From Squalus acanthias (lineage: Eukaryota), in contig CM059431.1 of the NCBI GenBank assembly GCA_030390025.1, forward strand, positions 108,316,001 through 108,380,000: a DNA stretch of 64,000 bases. The letters are read 5' to 3'. Below the pieces are notes generated by a model. The model ran no database searches, had not been told where the DNA came from, and worked only from the letters and a program-made list of their open reading frames with translations. Position 1 is the first letter of the stretch; every line of letters starts with the position of its first letter. Made by a program: the position numbers and the translations under genes. Positions 49,767 to 62,871 of the stretch are shown in pieces.

Positions 49767-50481
49767 TTTCAAATAAAGCTGTTGGACTATAACCCGGTGT
49801 TGTGCGACTTCTCACTTTTGACAGCCACTGGCAATGCCATCCTCACCCAGCTCTGAGGCTGCAGTTCTGCCTGCAATAGGTGGCAGATTTCAGTGAGCAC
49901 CTCCTTAGTGAAGTGGAGATGTCGCATACACTGTTCCTTGTTGAGGTTGAGATAGGAGAATTGCTCCCTGGGTGGATATGGCCTCCTGCTGAGAGCCCTT
50001 CTCCCCCTCCCCTTCTCCCTCTACGAGCAGCTTGTGCTCCTCTGTGTCGCCTCTGCTCATTCTCCCTGTCCTGCTGCAGGCCAAGGGGGATACAAACTAC
50101 AACACCCATGCCTGGAGCAACTGGTCTGAGCAGAAGCCTTGGAAGTAACCTGCCGCACCACTCCCTGGAGACTTCAGCAAATTCAAATAAGACACCAAAC
50201 CAAGAAACACCTCTACAAACTCACCAAGAGCCAATAGAAATCAATCAGCAACTAACCTGAAAGCAGGTGATGATCCCTTTAAATAGCACTGGTGGGGGTT
50301 CCTTTCTGCTGCTGAATGTATGTTCAGCTGTGCGAGGTTAAGAGAGGGTTGTTAGCTCCAGCGTTGAGGTCGAAAATGGCAACGCTGGTGTCAAATCAGC
50401 GTTGCACCTCGGACACCATGTTGGACCTGAATTGGCACCTGTAGAACCGGGCGCTGCAGCGCCAAATTTAGTGGCATGCAA

Positions 50482-50910
50482 ATCATAGAATGATACAGCA
50501 CAGAAGGAGGCCATTCAACCCATCGTGCCTGTGCCGGCTCTTTGGTAGAGCTATCCAATTAATCTGACTCCCCTGCTCTTTCCCCATGGCCCTGTAAATA
50601 TTTTCCCTTCAAGTATTTATCCAAATCCCTTTTTTAATGTTGCTATTGAATCTGCTTCCACTGCCCTTTAAGGCAGCGCATTCTAGATCGCAACAACTCG
50701 CTGCGTAAAAAAATGTTTCCTCATGTCGCTTCTGGTTCTTTTGCCAATCACCTTAAATCTGTGTCCTCTGGTTACCGACCCTTCAACCACTGGAAACAGT
50801 TTCTCCTTATTTAGTCTATCAAAACCATTCATGATTTTGAACACCCCTATCAAATCTCCTCTTAACCTTCTTTGCTCTGAGGAGAACAACCCCAGCCTCT
50901 CCAGTCTCTC
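50482..50910 (-). mobile_element. CR1 3' fragment
   Basis: RLERLGLFSSEQRRLRGDLIGVFKIMNGFDRL. Confidence 0.85.
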
Positions 50911-51421
50911 CACTGTTGGAATTATGATTGCTACAACCATAATTGTAAAAATGGAGTGTAGCTTTCATTGTTCCTAAATCCTGGAAATTTTTGAAGGCTG
51001 AAGAAGAGTGAACAACGGGATGACAGGGAGAGTCACTTGCATCAGCAGCAGTCTACCATTATTGACTGAGTCATGTCTACAGACCCAGGCACAGCTATCT
51101 GTCATACTCACTCTCTTGCTTTCCCATGACTTTGCCATCTTGGTCACTGACTTCCATCCTGTGGCATCTTTGTAGGGCAAAGTAATAGAGCTTGCAGCAG
51201 ATGGCAGTTATTCTTTAAGCCTGAGGATGGTTGTACAGTAACTGCCACCCCCTCCCTGGCAGTGTCAGATGAATGTTAGATGGAAATCTTCTTGAAGAAG
51301 ATGGCATAAGTCAGCTAAATTCAGTCTCCTTAAGCATATGTTTTCTATCAACTCCGGTTGGGTATGCCCGGTATGATAGAACTCCTGTGCTGCACAGAGG
51401 TGGGACCTGGTATCACCTGAG

Positions 51422-51800
51422 AGCGGTAGCATAGTGGTTACGTTACTGAGCTAGTAATGATCTGGAGATATGAGTTCAGGTCCCACCACAACAGCTGGAA
51501 AATTTAAATTCAATTAAATAAATCTGGAATAAAAAACTAGTATCAGTAATGGTGACCAGATTGTTGTAAAACCCCATCTGGTTCACTAATGTCCTTTAGG
51601 GAAGGAAATCTGCCTTATCTGGTCTGACTCCAGACCCACAAAGAGTGGTTGACTCTTAACTGCCCTCTGAAATGGCCTAGCAAGCCACTCAGTTGTATTC
51701 AAGAAGACAGCTCACCACCACCTTCTCGCGGGCAATTAGGGATGGGCAATAAATGCTGGCCTTGCTGGCAATGCCCACATCCCAGGAACGAATAAAATTT
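51422..51800 (+). mobile_element. tRNA-derived SINE with a LINE-shared 3' tail
   Basis: A box tagcatagtgg and B box gagttcaggtccc. The tail aagaagacagctcaccaccaccttctc..gggcaattagggatgggcaataaatgc matches the LINE at 38030-38645. Confidence 0.75.
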
Positions 51801-54707
51801 TAAAAAATCACATGAAGTCCATTCCTATTCTTATTAAATCTCTTCTGCCAAGTACAATGCAACAAGAGCACTAAATGCAGGAGGTAGCTTTGGTGTCCCA
51901 GAAGCCATCCTTCCATCCCCTTTAACCTTTAACTGATGACCGCAAGGCCACAGCCTGGAACCTGGGCAATAAAGTTGGTTCGGTATGAGGGCCAGCTTTG
52001 GATTGTGGGTCATATTTTCTAACCAGTGGGAATGCTTTAGAAGGTGCATGTGAGTGTCTTGGTTAGCAAAGCGGCCTCACCCTCTCGTGAATGGGAGGTA
52101 CGGTCGGCAAAAACCCTCTACTGCTCACTTACAAACTCTCCGCACCACCCCCTCCATGAAAAAGACCAGCTCATGCCAGTTTGCTGTATTTAGGCCATGA
52201 CGTGCTGGGATCGATCGCCGTCCAAATATTTAGGTGCACCGTGGCCTAAAGTCACCTGATCTCGGCGTAACTGAAATTCCTGGAATTTGAAAGTGATTTT
52301 CCTAAAAATTTGTAATTCTTTTTCTTACTGAGACCTGCACTATACTTAAACAACTGCAACCGATATTTGTCGGATCCCCGCCCTCCCGAAGTAGCTGGCA
52401 GAAGGCAGCAGCCCACTCACTATTACCGCTACTGCTGGCGCTGCATTTGCATTTGTTTTCCGGCGGTTTAGACGTTCCGCTGCGACAGATGAGCACCGCA
52501 GGAAATTTGGGCGTAAGTTCCCGCTTGCCATGGAGACGGCGTAAATGTTGGCGTAATCTCGGCTTAAGTGCGGTCCGGGAAATGCCGGGCCATAATATTT
52601 AACAAATGATTGAATGGCAAGAATGGGCTTATATGTACCGTTTGTTGAATTATGGATTAATTCATTTCACAATCTTCCTTCAATTACTCAATATAAAACG
52701 CGATTCCGATAATTCAGCAATAATCTCTGAAGAATGTACAAAACCGGGTTACTTTGGTGCTCGTGTTCAATTTTCTCAAGTAAAACTGAATCTGGGTTTA
52801 ACGTTCGATCTAAAGAGTTAAAAGTATGAGCTGAAGGTCATGACACCTATTGCATGAACAGATAGAAATCCAATCCCTATAAATATTGACACAACTGAAT
52901 AGTTTTGCATTGTAGATTCCATTTCACTTGTACAATTTTCATAATTAGCAAGACAATATGTGGAATCTCATTTAGCCAAACCAGCGGAATGAACAGAATA
53001 GAAGGTGCATCATTGCAGATTGACACAGAAAAATCCAAACTCAATCTAATGTGACTCACATTTTTAATTAATGGATTCTCCAAGTAAGTTCATTAAAATG
53101 TACACTTTCCAAGGAAATGCACAGGAGACAAGAGTGCAATTATTTTTTCAAGCTTTTCCATAATTTAGTGGGAACGTGCATAGGGGTCAGCTGAAGGAAA
53201 GGAAAACATACTGCATGGAAAATGGCAAGTGTGTATTTAGTTTATATTTAGTGTTTCAAAGATATGACAGCTCTGAGCTCATGTGTAGCCCTTGAGGCAT
53301 TGTCGTTTTTGTTGATTGCTGTACTTGTCAGAGTGAAAGATGTGCAAGTACTATGTCTTTTCCCTTATGAGGATCTCCAAGATCTTCTTATGGCCATGGA
53401 GGTCCAATTTGTAGCACATTATACGAAGAAATTATTGATATCCACTAATTCAGTGCTCCGGTGAGCATTTCAGTCATGTTCTGTTTATGTGAATTATTCT
53501 ACATATATATATCTATATATATTTTTGCAACAGTGTAAATGGAATGAACAATGACAAACTAGACCAATATGTAGAATAGACAACTAGATTAAGAATTTGG
53601 CTTTGTCATTAGAAGTAAAGGCATTGCTAGTGGAAAAAATGCCAAAAGAAATTGCATGTCACAGAGATACTCAAAGACACATTTGTCGAACTGTGCTCAA
53701 AATTGCTCAGTCATTCATGTATATTATTAATTACTGATTTGTGGGCCATTGAAATTCTGGTTGATTGGTTCAGTGTAAGCTGATTGACAGATCCTCAAGT
53801 GATCCACAGATCTCAGCTGGAACGAGGTGATTCACAGATCATCAGTCACCTCATTGGCTGAGAATCTATGGATCATTTTAGTTTAAATCTATCGAAGCTT
53901 CAATCGACAATCTGAAACATTACGAGCCAACCAATTTACTAGAAGTATCTTACTCCATTTCAGTGTTTCAGAGAAATCTACTAGTATAGTTACTGTAAGA
54001 CTTTAATCTACGTATATCTATAACTTGAGAAATATTGATTTAGTTTCAAAACATGTCTCAGTTTAGGACATGAACGTCTGAAATGAGCTCACGTTCTTCT
54101 GTCTGAGTTGCATCTGCACTAGAAAAATGAATTACTTAGTCCATCTTGAGCTCTAATAGCAGTGGAGAAATTGAAAAGTTGGTGCAATTTCTCTGTTACC
54201 AGTTTGAGTTCCTTACCTTACACATTCCTGGTGATCCATAGATATTTACAGCGCAGATGGAAGCCAATCGAAATCGATAGAAATTTGGTCCTCGGGCCTC
54301 ATTAACATACTCGGGCAGCCGCTTGCGCTGGCCATGCCTCCACAGGCTCCTCGCACGAGCGAAGACATAATGTTGGGCGGCCTACCTCGCCAGCAGCGGC
54401 CCTCTGGTAAGTCGCCGGTGGGGCGATTGGAACAGTCTATAGGGGGCTGACCACAACTTCTGTGGAGTCAGAAGAGCACGCCTCCTCCTGCTGACTGCGC
54501 GGGATGGGTCTTTTAACCCAAAAATATTTAAACTTGGAGTTGGCGGCCGTGATGAGGGCCACTGAAGAATCCTGTGTGGAGCAGATCCACTGCCTGTCCC
54601 GCTCATCAATGACAAATTTCTCAATGGGGTTCTTCAACAGCCGTTAGGCCCCTATTATACATCTTTAAGGGGACTACCACCTGTTTCAGGCATCCGCTGG
54701 GATAAGA

Positions 54708-55390
54708 ATATAAGAACATAAGAAATAGGAGTAGGAGTAGGCCATTCGGCCCCTCGAGCCTGCTCCGCCATTCAATAAGATCATGGCTGATCTGATCTTG
54801 GCCTCAACTCCACTTTCCCGCCCGCTCCCCATAACCCTTGACTCCCCTGTATTTCAAAAATCTGTCTATCTCCACCTTGAATATATTCAATGACTCCGCC
54901 TCCACAGCTCTCTGGGGTAGAGAATTCCAAAGATTCACGACCCTCTGAGAGAAGAAATTCCTCCTCATCTCCGTTTTAAATAGGCGACCCCTTATTCTGA
55001 AACTATGCCCCCTAGTTCTAGATTCCCCCACGAGGGGAAACGTCCTCTCAGCATCTACCCTGTCAATCCCCCTCAGAATCTTATATGTTTCAATACGATC
55101 ACCTCTTATTCTTCTGAACTCCAATGAGTATAGGCCCAACCTGCTCAACCTTTCCTCATAAGGCAACCCCTTCAACTCAGGAATCAACCTAGTGAACCTT
55201 CTCTGAGCTGCCTCCAATGCAAGTATATCCTTCCTTAGATAAGGAGACCAAAACTGTATGCAGTGCTCCAGGTGTGGTCTCACCAGCGCATTATACAGTT
55301 GTAGCAAGACTTCCCTACTTTTATACTCCATCCCCCTTGCAATAAAGGCCAATATTCCATTTGCCTTCCTAATTATTTGCTGTACCTGCC
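54708..55390 (-). mobile_element. Young CR1 3' fragment
   Basis: Uninterrupted ORF QVQQIIRKANGILAFIARG...GYGERAGKWS, followed by a 3' UTR and (cttatgtt)n tail. Confidence 0.92.
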
Positions 55391-56835
55391 TAAAAAAAAA
55401 GAGCCCCCACGAATTTAGCAGTGGGACCAACGCCCAGACATCACAAATGAATGTGAAACGAGAGGGGAAATGAGCTGTATCAGCTTGGCAGAGCTGCTGC
55501 TCATTTACAATGAGATAAATCCTCAGAGAGGTCAGTGTGGCCAAGGGCTCATGATTTTCTGGTGATTTTAAATGACTGGGAAATCATCAGCACCACAAAT
55601 TGGGTACTCGGCTCTCTGTGCCAAGTTTTGCAACCTGCATTCTCACTGGGCAAGAGTGCAGTCTTGTTCGATACAAAAATTTATCCTTTGGTGCTAAAAC
55701 AATGTCTTCATCGATGCTGATCAGTATATAGGATTCTGCTTGTTTGATGGGCACTCTGCACTGTTGTTTCTACTGTATCTGATACAGAACAATAAAAGAT
55801 TAAGGGAAATCTATGTTTGCTGTGAATGATTCTCAATGCTTTCTTTATCGCACCATGTAATCTAATTATAACTTTATTGCCTTAGTCCCTCATTCATGAA
55901 AGAACATTTTTAATTTCAATATTTCTCAGCAGTCCTGGGTTCTAATGTACATACCTGTAATACAAGGACTGCAAGAAAATTAATGAATAATGTCACACAA
56001 GAAATCATTGTCTGTTCTGAATTAAAACAGTCAAGTAATAAAAAAAGGCAAAATGGTGTATTTTAAGAAACTGAAAAAGCTGTTAAAGTTTTGTATTTTA
56101 TATTGACATTTTATATTAGCCATGCCACTCAAGTGGCTGAAAGATATTGATCTAGTTCATGCCTGAGTGCTTTTATTAACTATTTTCCCATTGTCAGGGA
56201 AACCACACAAGGAGCTGTATGCTTCAGTATTGGGATGGTTAGACTTTTACATGATATGCCCCATTCCTTACCCTTTTCCTTGCTATAGTTTTCCTTCTGA
56301 TTTTCTTGTCTTCCTTCTTCTTTCCCGAAGGCACTTGTTCACGCTGGGTGGGAGTGATCTTCTCGTATCTCTCGGGCGGAAATTAATTATTCAACTTAAT
56401 GCAGAGACCTTCGCAGCTGAGCTGAATCCTTTCCTCACCTGGAATCCAGCCATGTACACTTCCAGAACGAATCACAGTTGGCGATTAGGAGCAAAAACCT
56501 GGCTAGTGATCCTCCTCCTCAACCTATAGATGCTGAGGCCAAATGAAGTGCCCCCTTTATCAGCTAACTGAGCACAGACTAGGGATTTGGTCTGTTTGGT
56601 GCAGTGGTACAATGCAGGGTGCCGGCATCCACTGTTCTTCTTAATTTATTTTATATTTTACAATTTTCCTTAAAATAGATTGCATTAAGTGAACACTGGA
56701 CATTAACCCATCTTTGTTGTTAAAGATGGCCTCGCCCCTCCTTATCTGTGTAACCTTCTCCACCCCTACAATTCCCTTCAGCAGAACACTGGCCTCTTGG
56801 CCATCGCCCTCCTTTCAGCCCACCATTGAGCCTAT

Positions 56836-57679
56836 GGGCTGGATTTTGAATCTGGGGTCGGGTTGGTGTCGTGAATCCCACATTTTGGCTTGTAAACCCG
56901 CCTCCATCGAGATGTGGCCAACCCACTGTATTTTCCCTTGATTGACCTTGTTGAGCCCGCCCAGTGGGCTCAACAGGCCAATTAAGGGCCACCCGGCAAC
57001 AGGTGACGTCACAGATTGACATTTTATCTGTCAAGAGCTTTTGACAGATGAAATATCAGCGTTTGACAGCTCTGTGAAGCTGTCAAACACTGACAATATG
57101 ATTTCTAACTTCAGTCCTTCCTCTCAGGCTGAGTTAGAAATCATTCCACCACAGAAAACAGAAGGCTGCAGTTTTTGACAGGACCACGGCTTTTCTGCTT
57201 TCTGTGCCGATGAGATTTCTGACTCCCGAGAACTGAAGGGCTGACACCTGCAGGAGGAAGTTAAAGTAAGTAAAACATTTTCCCACACTTAACACTTACC
57301 TTACACACTTACCTCTGCACACATGCACCCATCACTCACCTGCCCACCAGACATCTCGGCCCCTCCGACCTCCGCAGACCCACGGCCCACCCCGATAACT
57401 TGGCGTGGTTGCCACCTGTCGGGAAGCCCACATTTCACCTTTTAAAATAGGGATTAGGCAAAAAACTGCCTGTTAACTACCTGTTAACAGGCAGTTAATT
57501 GTCACTAATCCCTTCCCGCCTCGGGGAGTCGGGTCCCAGCACAGGTCGGGTACCCGCCGCCAGCAAAACTGGCATGGAGGCGGGTTGGAGGCGGGATGGG
57601 GTCGGGACCCCCGAATCTGCAACTTTAACCCCCCACACGCCTCCAAACCCGAATCCACGGGTCATTGAAAATCCAGCCC
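56836..57679. mobile_element. Harbinger-type MITE inserted in an L2 fragment
   Basis: Perfect 12-bp TIRs GGGCTGGATTTT / AAAATCCAGCCC and TSD TAT/TAT. Confidence 0.9.
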
Positions 57680-58331
57680 TATGTCTTCAACTGCCTAGGG
57701 CTCACATTCTCTGGAATTGCCTCCCTCAACCCCCTGTTTCTCCGCCTTCCTCCCAACCTTTAAGAGCTTTTTTAAACGTCACCTCTCGGAATAAAATTTA
57801 GGTCGCCTTTCCTCATCTCTCCTTTGACTTGCCGTCAGTTTTCCTTGAGCATCTTTGAAGCACCTTGGGATATTTTGCTCTGTTAAAGGTGCTATACAAA
57901 TTCACGTTGTTGTTACTGTTCTTCCTTTTCTTCTTCTTCTTCTCATTTATCCTGCTAATTACCTTCAGAAGTGGTGCAAGCCATGTGTCTACATTTCAGA
58001 GACTAATCATGATCTTAGTTTCTGTGTGCTAGAAATATCAGATTTACGCAGTAATAAAAAGTGGGAAAATATTGCACTGTCTTGTGCCATTGTGCACGTG
58101 GCAATACCAGTGGCATCTGCAGTGGGAACCTCTAACACAGACCATAGGCTCAGTAGCAGCATCTATGCCAACATTGCTGATAAGAAGACTTTGAGATCCA
58201 AAGCCCAGGAAGAGATTATTGCGAGCATCACCTCACTTGGAGAATGGCTACATAAGGGAGAGGCCCACTGTTCCATGCATACATAGACCAATGAGCATCG
58301 TACGGAGATGCCCTCCAGCACTGGCATATGT

Positions 58332-58812
58332 GGACATAAGAACATAAGAAATAGGAGCAGGAGTAGGCCATACGGCCCCTTGAGCCTGCTCCGCCATTCA
58401 ATGAGATCATGGCTGATCATCGACCTCAACTCCACTCTCCCGCCCGATCTCTATATCCCTTGATTCCCTTAGAGTCCAAAAATCTATCTATCTCAGCCTT
58501 GAATATATTCAAAGACTCAGCATCCACAGCCCTCTGGGGCAGAGAATTCCAAAGATTCACAACCCTCTGAGTGAAGAAATTCCTCCTAATCTCAGTCTTA
58601 AATGGCTGACCTCTTATCCTGAGACTACGTCCCCTAGTTCTAGACACTTCAGCCAGGGGAAACAACCTCTCAGCATCTACCCTGTCAATCCCCCTCAGAA
58701 TCTTGCATGTTTGAATGAGATCACCTCTCATTCTTCTAAACTCCAGAGAGTATAGGCCCAATCTACTCAATCTCTCATCATAGCACAGCCCTCTCATCCC
58801 AGGAATCGATCT
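58332..58812 (-). mobile_element. CR1 3' fragment
   Basis: IPGMRGLCYDERLSRLGLYSLEFRRMRGDL...DRAGEWS plus tail. Confidence 0.9.
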
Positions 58813-60129
58813 AGTAGTAGCACAGAAGCAAGTGATTGGCACACGTGTTGGCAGCAGTGCTATACCATCACATGGACCGACACACATGGCATGAGATACC
58901 ACCTCTGCCTCCGGAAGAAGGAGACCCCAGCACTGGCACATGTAAATCAAGGCTCATTGTAAATGTAGGTCTTGTGTCTTCTGGATCCCTACAGCTGAGC
59001 TACTGGCTGCACAGTCATTTTTCAGCGCTATTGCTTCAACTAGGGAAGCACATGAACAACCAAAGTAGAAAGGTTCACACACAGAAGGCAAACATGTGCC
59101 AGCAACCATATTTAACGCATATACCACCCGTGGTGTTTGTTTGCGTGGATCCTATATCACTTGGCATAGCATTGATGGGAAGTTTGTGAATGGTTATATG
59201 TGCTTAGTTAAGGTGCTCTGAAACCTGGGTCAACCACCAATGTGGTAAGGTTTTTATCTGTGTCTGTAACAAGCTGCTGATCAATGCTAAAAACAATTGT
59301 GTAGCGAGTGTGGAGGTACAGGGTTTTAGGATAGGCTTTTAACAGAGTTGTGTACAGCAAAGTCCTTCACTCTTGAGATGTCGTGATGGCACCTGGAAAG
59401 ATTTATGGCTTAAAAATGAAGAACAATGCCTTCACTGCCACCAGTAGCTCAGTCTGGAAGGCAGACTGTTCCTGTAGGTCTTCTGCTATCAAAGAGCTCG
59501 CTCCACCATAGCCTCCATCCTGACCCTGGGCCTTCTCATGCTCTGCTCCCATCGCATCCAGGAAGCTGACTGTTGCAGGAGGCCCACTGCCTGGCGTAGT
59601 GCCTGCTCACATTCCGTGCCTTCTGCATATCCTCTCCTCCTTTTGCAACTGTACTGCAAGATCCCTGACAGTAAGCACTGAACCCATGCTCGGGAACGTA
59701 CTATTCACCTGTCACTACTGTGGTCATAGCCTGACTTAAAGTTAAAACAAAATCCCTTTTGTTTACCTCACACCCTAGCTAATTACGAATACGTTGTTCA
59801 GGATTAGTCTTTAACAAGGCTTTCATTAAAAATTGATTTTCGTGCAGGTTTGTAAACCCGTCCTTGGAAGCAACCAATTCTCACAGCACACTACACATGG
59901 AGAAGTAGTTCTCTGGCACTTTCTACCAGCAATGCACAGTGGCTGAGAGTGAAGATACAGTAGGGACTAAAATTGATAGAATAACTGAGAGGTCAGGTAC
60001 TTCACAGGAAAGGGCATTATAGAAATGAGAATGAGATAAGTCACCACCATGTTAGTGTACATCTGCATCACTGACTGTGCACATATAACCATTCAAGTGC
60101 CCACAGTTAGCCCTGTGGCGTTTATGGGA

Positions 60130-60868
60130 ACGTAGCATAGTGGTTATATTATTGAACTAGTAATTCAGAGATAAAAATAGAAAATGCTGGAAATACTCAG
60201 CAGGTCAGGCGGCATCTGTGGAGAGAGGAACAGAGTTAACGTTTCAGCTCGATGACCTTTTGTCAGAACTGGATAAAGTTAGAGATGTAACAGATTTTAA
60301 GCAAGTGCAGGGGCAGGGAAAGGGGGGAGGGGAGGAAAGGACAAAAGGGAAGGTCTGTGATAGGGTGGAAGGCAGGAGAGATTAAATGACAGAAGGGATG
60401 ATGGTGCGAGGCAAAAGGAGATGGTAATGGGACAAGTTAAGAAACAAAAGATGAGTCTAGAAGAGGTATAAATGGGAATGGCAGTATCATCAACAGCTGC
60501 CATGTGAAAAAATAGGGGCAGAGGTTGTGGTCTGAAATTGTTGAACTCGCTGTTGAGTCCAGAGGCCTGGACCAGTGACATGAGTTCAAATCCCATCACG
60601 GCAGCGGTGGAATTTAAATTCAGTTAATTAAATAAATCTGGAATAAAAAGCTAGTATCATTAATGACCATGTTGTCCTTTATTGGAGTAAATCTGCCGTC
60701 TTACCCAGCAATGTGGTTGACTCTTAACTTCCCTCTGCAATGGCCTAGCAAAACTGCTACGCACCAAACATGCGGCTCACCAACACCTTCTCAAGGGCAA
60801 TTAGGGATGGGCAATTACTGCCGGCCTTGCCAGCGACACCCACATCCTGTGACTGAATAATAAAAAAA
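60130..60868. mobile_element. tRNA SINE (60130-60170 plus 60570-60868) interrupted by a Penelope-like fragment (~60170-60570)
   Basis: The SINE head gtagcatagtggtta..ctagtaat and its body match 51422-51800. The insert matches the 13320 and 22735 family. Confidence 0.6.
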
Positions 60869-61636
60869 TACTGATTGGAGAGGGCTTGAAACTGTAAACA
60901 CATACATGGGAGAGGGCCCACGCAAGAAAGCACTGTAACTCATGGTGAAATATGAATAGTATTAATATATTTGCATAATATTGTACAGTAAGATAGTGTA
61001 AGATTACATTAACTGCCTCACTGCTGTTAGTAAGCTTGATTTTACATGAAAAAGTACCCTGTTGTACTGTACTGATTGTTATGAAGCAACAAGCCATTTC
61101 AGAGAGGAAACAGTATATTGTAACAACAAAAGGACGTTCTCTGGTACAGTAATTGTTCAGGTAGAGGGGAGAAACAGATGTAACTACACTAGGGAGAATT
61201 ACACATTCATTTGTGATACTTCTCATTAGAATCTGTTCAAATTCCACTTTTCTTTTCATAGCTTGTCCTCTTCAGTCGAGCTGGTTAGCCTCTCAGCATC
61301 TCAGTATCTGTCTCGGACCCTGTTGGCATTTTTTTCTTTGTCTCTTTGCTTCAGCCTTATGCCAGTTCCCTCTTCCTGTTCAGTCTCCCTTACACATTTG
61401 AGATCTGGCTCTTCATCCCAGCGGCCACTCTACTCCAGCTGGAACTGTGCACTGCGCTTTACGTCAAAGAAGGCACGAGGCTGACACGTCTTCGATTGTG
61501 AATGAAGAAGCCAGGAGTTGACTCCAGGGGACAGTGGATTGTTTGGGGCAGAAATTTGGCTACGGTGGTAGCCCAAAATGGCCGATTATGAACGGGCAGC
61601 TGGTTTTGCACTCAACAACAACAACAACAACTTGTA

Positions 61637-62871
61637 TGTAGGGGGTGGTGTGGTAGGGGTCAACTTCACCTCTGACTCAGTGAGCGGTTCGAATCGCTCC
61701 CACGCCCCTGGTTCAGACCGTGGACTTATTTAGGGGTTGTGAATAAAGATGCAGTAGACAACAGGTTCTGATGAAAGAATTTTGACTTTTATTAAAAGAA
61801 AAGGTAACAAACTTAAAACACACTTAACACTTAAACAGGTTGGGGAACACACAGTACAGGCGAGGGAGAATGACAATATATTAAAAAAAAACTTATCCCT
61901 CCCCAAAATCCCACTATCTAGCTAGGTTTCGGTTTCAGGAGATCAGGGATAATGCTCACCAAACAGGGGTTTTGGACAGTGCGAAATCCAGCCAGGTAAG
62001 TTGATTGCGATGGTGGTCTGGCCGTTGAGTGTCTTGCTGGAACTTTCTGCTTCTCTCCTCCTCCTGCTCGTGTCGTGTGGCTGGTAGACCCGTCTGTGTC
62101 TTGCTGGAACGTGCTGCTTCTGGAACAGAGCCGAGAGAGAGCTTCTTGGGGGTTTGGGCCCTCAATTATACTGTTCGGACCCTTTGTCTTTTTCGCGCCA
62201 AAACCCCTAACTAAAACGGTTTCGTGTTGAAGTGATTTAGGTTTCAGTTGAGGCCTGTTCATTCCATTGTCTTGGTTTTGTGGGCTTGTTAAGTTTTGAT
62301 GGGTTTAACTTGGTGTTAAATTGTCCTGAACTCTCTTCTTACTGAACTGTTGTAACTGCTTGATGGGCCTTCAATTATACTAAATTGAAGTGGCCTTGTC
62401 AAAACCAAATCAAATCCTGGTCATTGTAAGACTCCGTCAACAGTTTACTAAGTGTCAAATGGCTTGCGTCCTGTCGATCTGTTGTTCAATCGGAGCCCGC
62501 ATTGTTTTCATGTTTTGGGTTTCTTGCTGGGCCTAGCACTCCTATCTTTATGCATGTCTTTAATGGGTTCTGTGATAGGTTTTAATGGTTCCTGTGTTTT
62601 GGGTGGGGTTGCCTTCTCCCAGGGCCTATTGTCCAAATGTTAATGTTTGCTGGGGCTTGAATTCCCAGACAATGCAATACCCAAAACTGCTATTTAAAGA
62701 GGTTGATCCCACGTCCTGTGCAGCCTTTACTCCCTTACATGTCCAGACGTGTTCTTTTAAAATGCCAAAGCTTGGTTTTGGTCTTAAATTCCTTATTTTT
62801 ATCACTCTGGGGTAGTTCCAAAGTCCTTTTTCCTTAGGTTTTGGGGATCTGCAAATTTTGGAAACTTTACA
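61637..62871 (-). mobile_element. Solo LTR (1235 bp) inserted in an L2 tail
   Basis: TGTAG...TTACA termini and exact 4-bp TSD TGTA (61633-61636, 62872-62875) splitting aacaacttgta|tttatatagc. Minus-strand AATAAA lies near 61790. Confidence 0.85.

Larger units (their letters stand above)
49359..49817. mobile_element. Palindromic Penelope-like inverted-pLTR element (copy B)
   Basis: ~132-bp inverted arms (49390-49522 / 49688-49820) with a ~165-bp spacer. The direct repeat TTGACAGCCACTG lies at 49346-49358 and 49818-49830. Same family as 39484-39834. Confidence 0.8.
48340..50109 (-). pseudogene. Harbinger transposase pseudogene interrupted by a hAT MITE and a Penelope-like element
   Basis: FYASGSFQAGTGDISNISQFAVHCCIR, MVQGAIDCTHV, WLLGDKG, ATRNLIEQ and VVCCMLHNLA. 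Confidence 0.9.
46275..50475. mobile_element. Decayed two-gene Harbinger element with nested insertions
   Basis: Left end gggctaaaaattc, with a Myb pseudogene (+) convergent on a transposase pseudogene (-). The right end is poorly defined. Confidence 0.8.

Noticed and set aside
52860..53470. Possible coding exons
   Set aside because: The ORFs are short with stops, and there is no recognisable domain or convincing splice pair.
58815..59720. Further decayed Harbinger remnant
   Set aside because: Composition is suggestive, but no clear motifs, TIRs or TSD could be shown.
61150..61500. Charged coiled-coil-like minus-strand reading frame
   Set aside because: It has multiple stops and no recognisable family, and compositional bias explains it.
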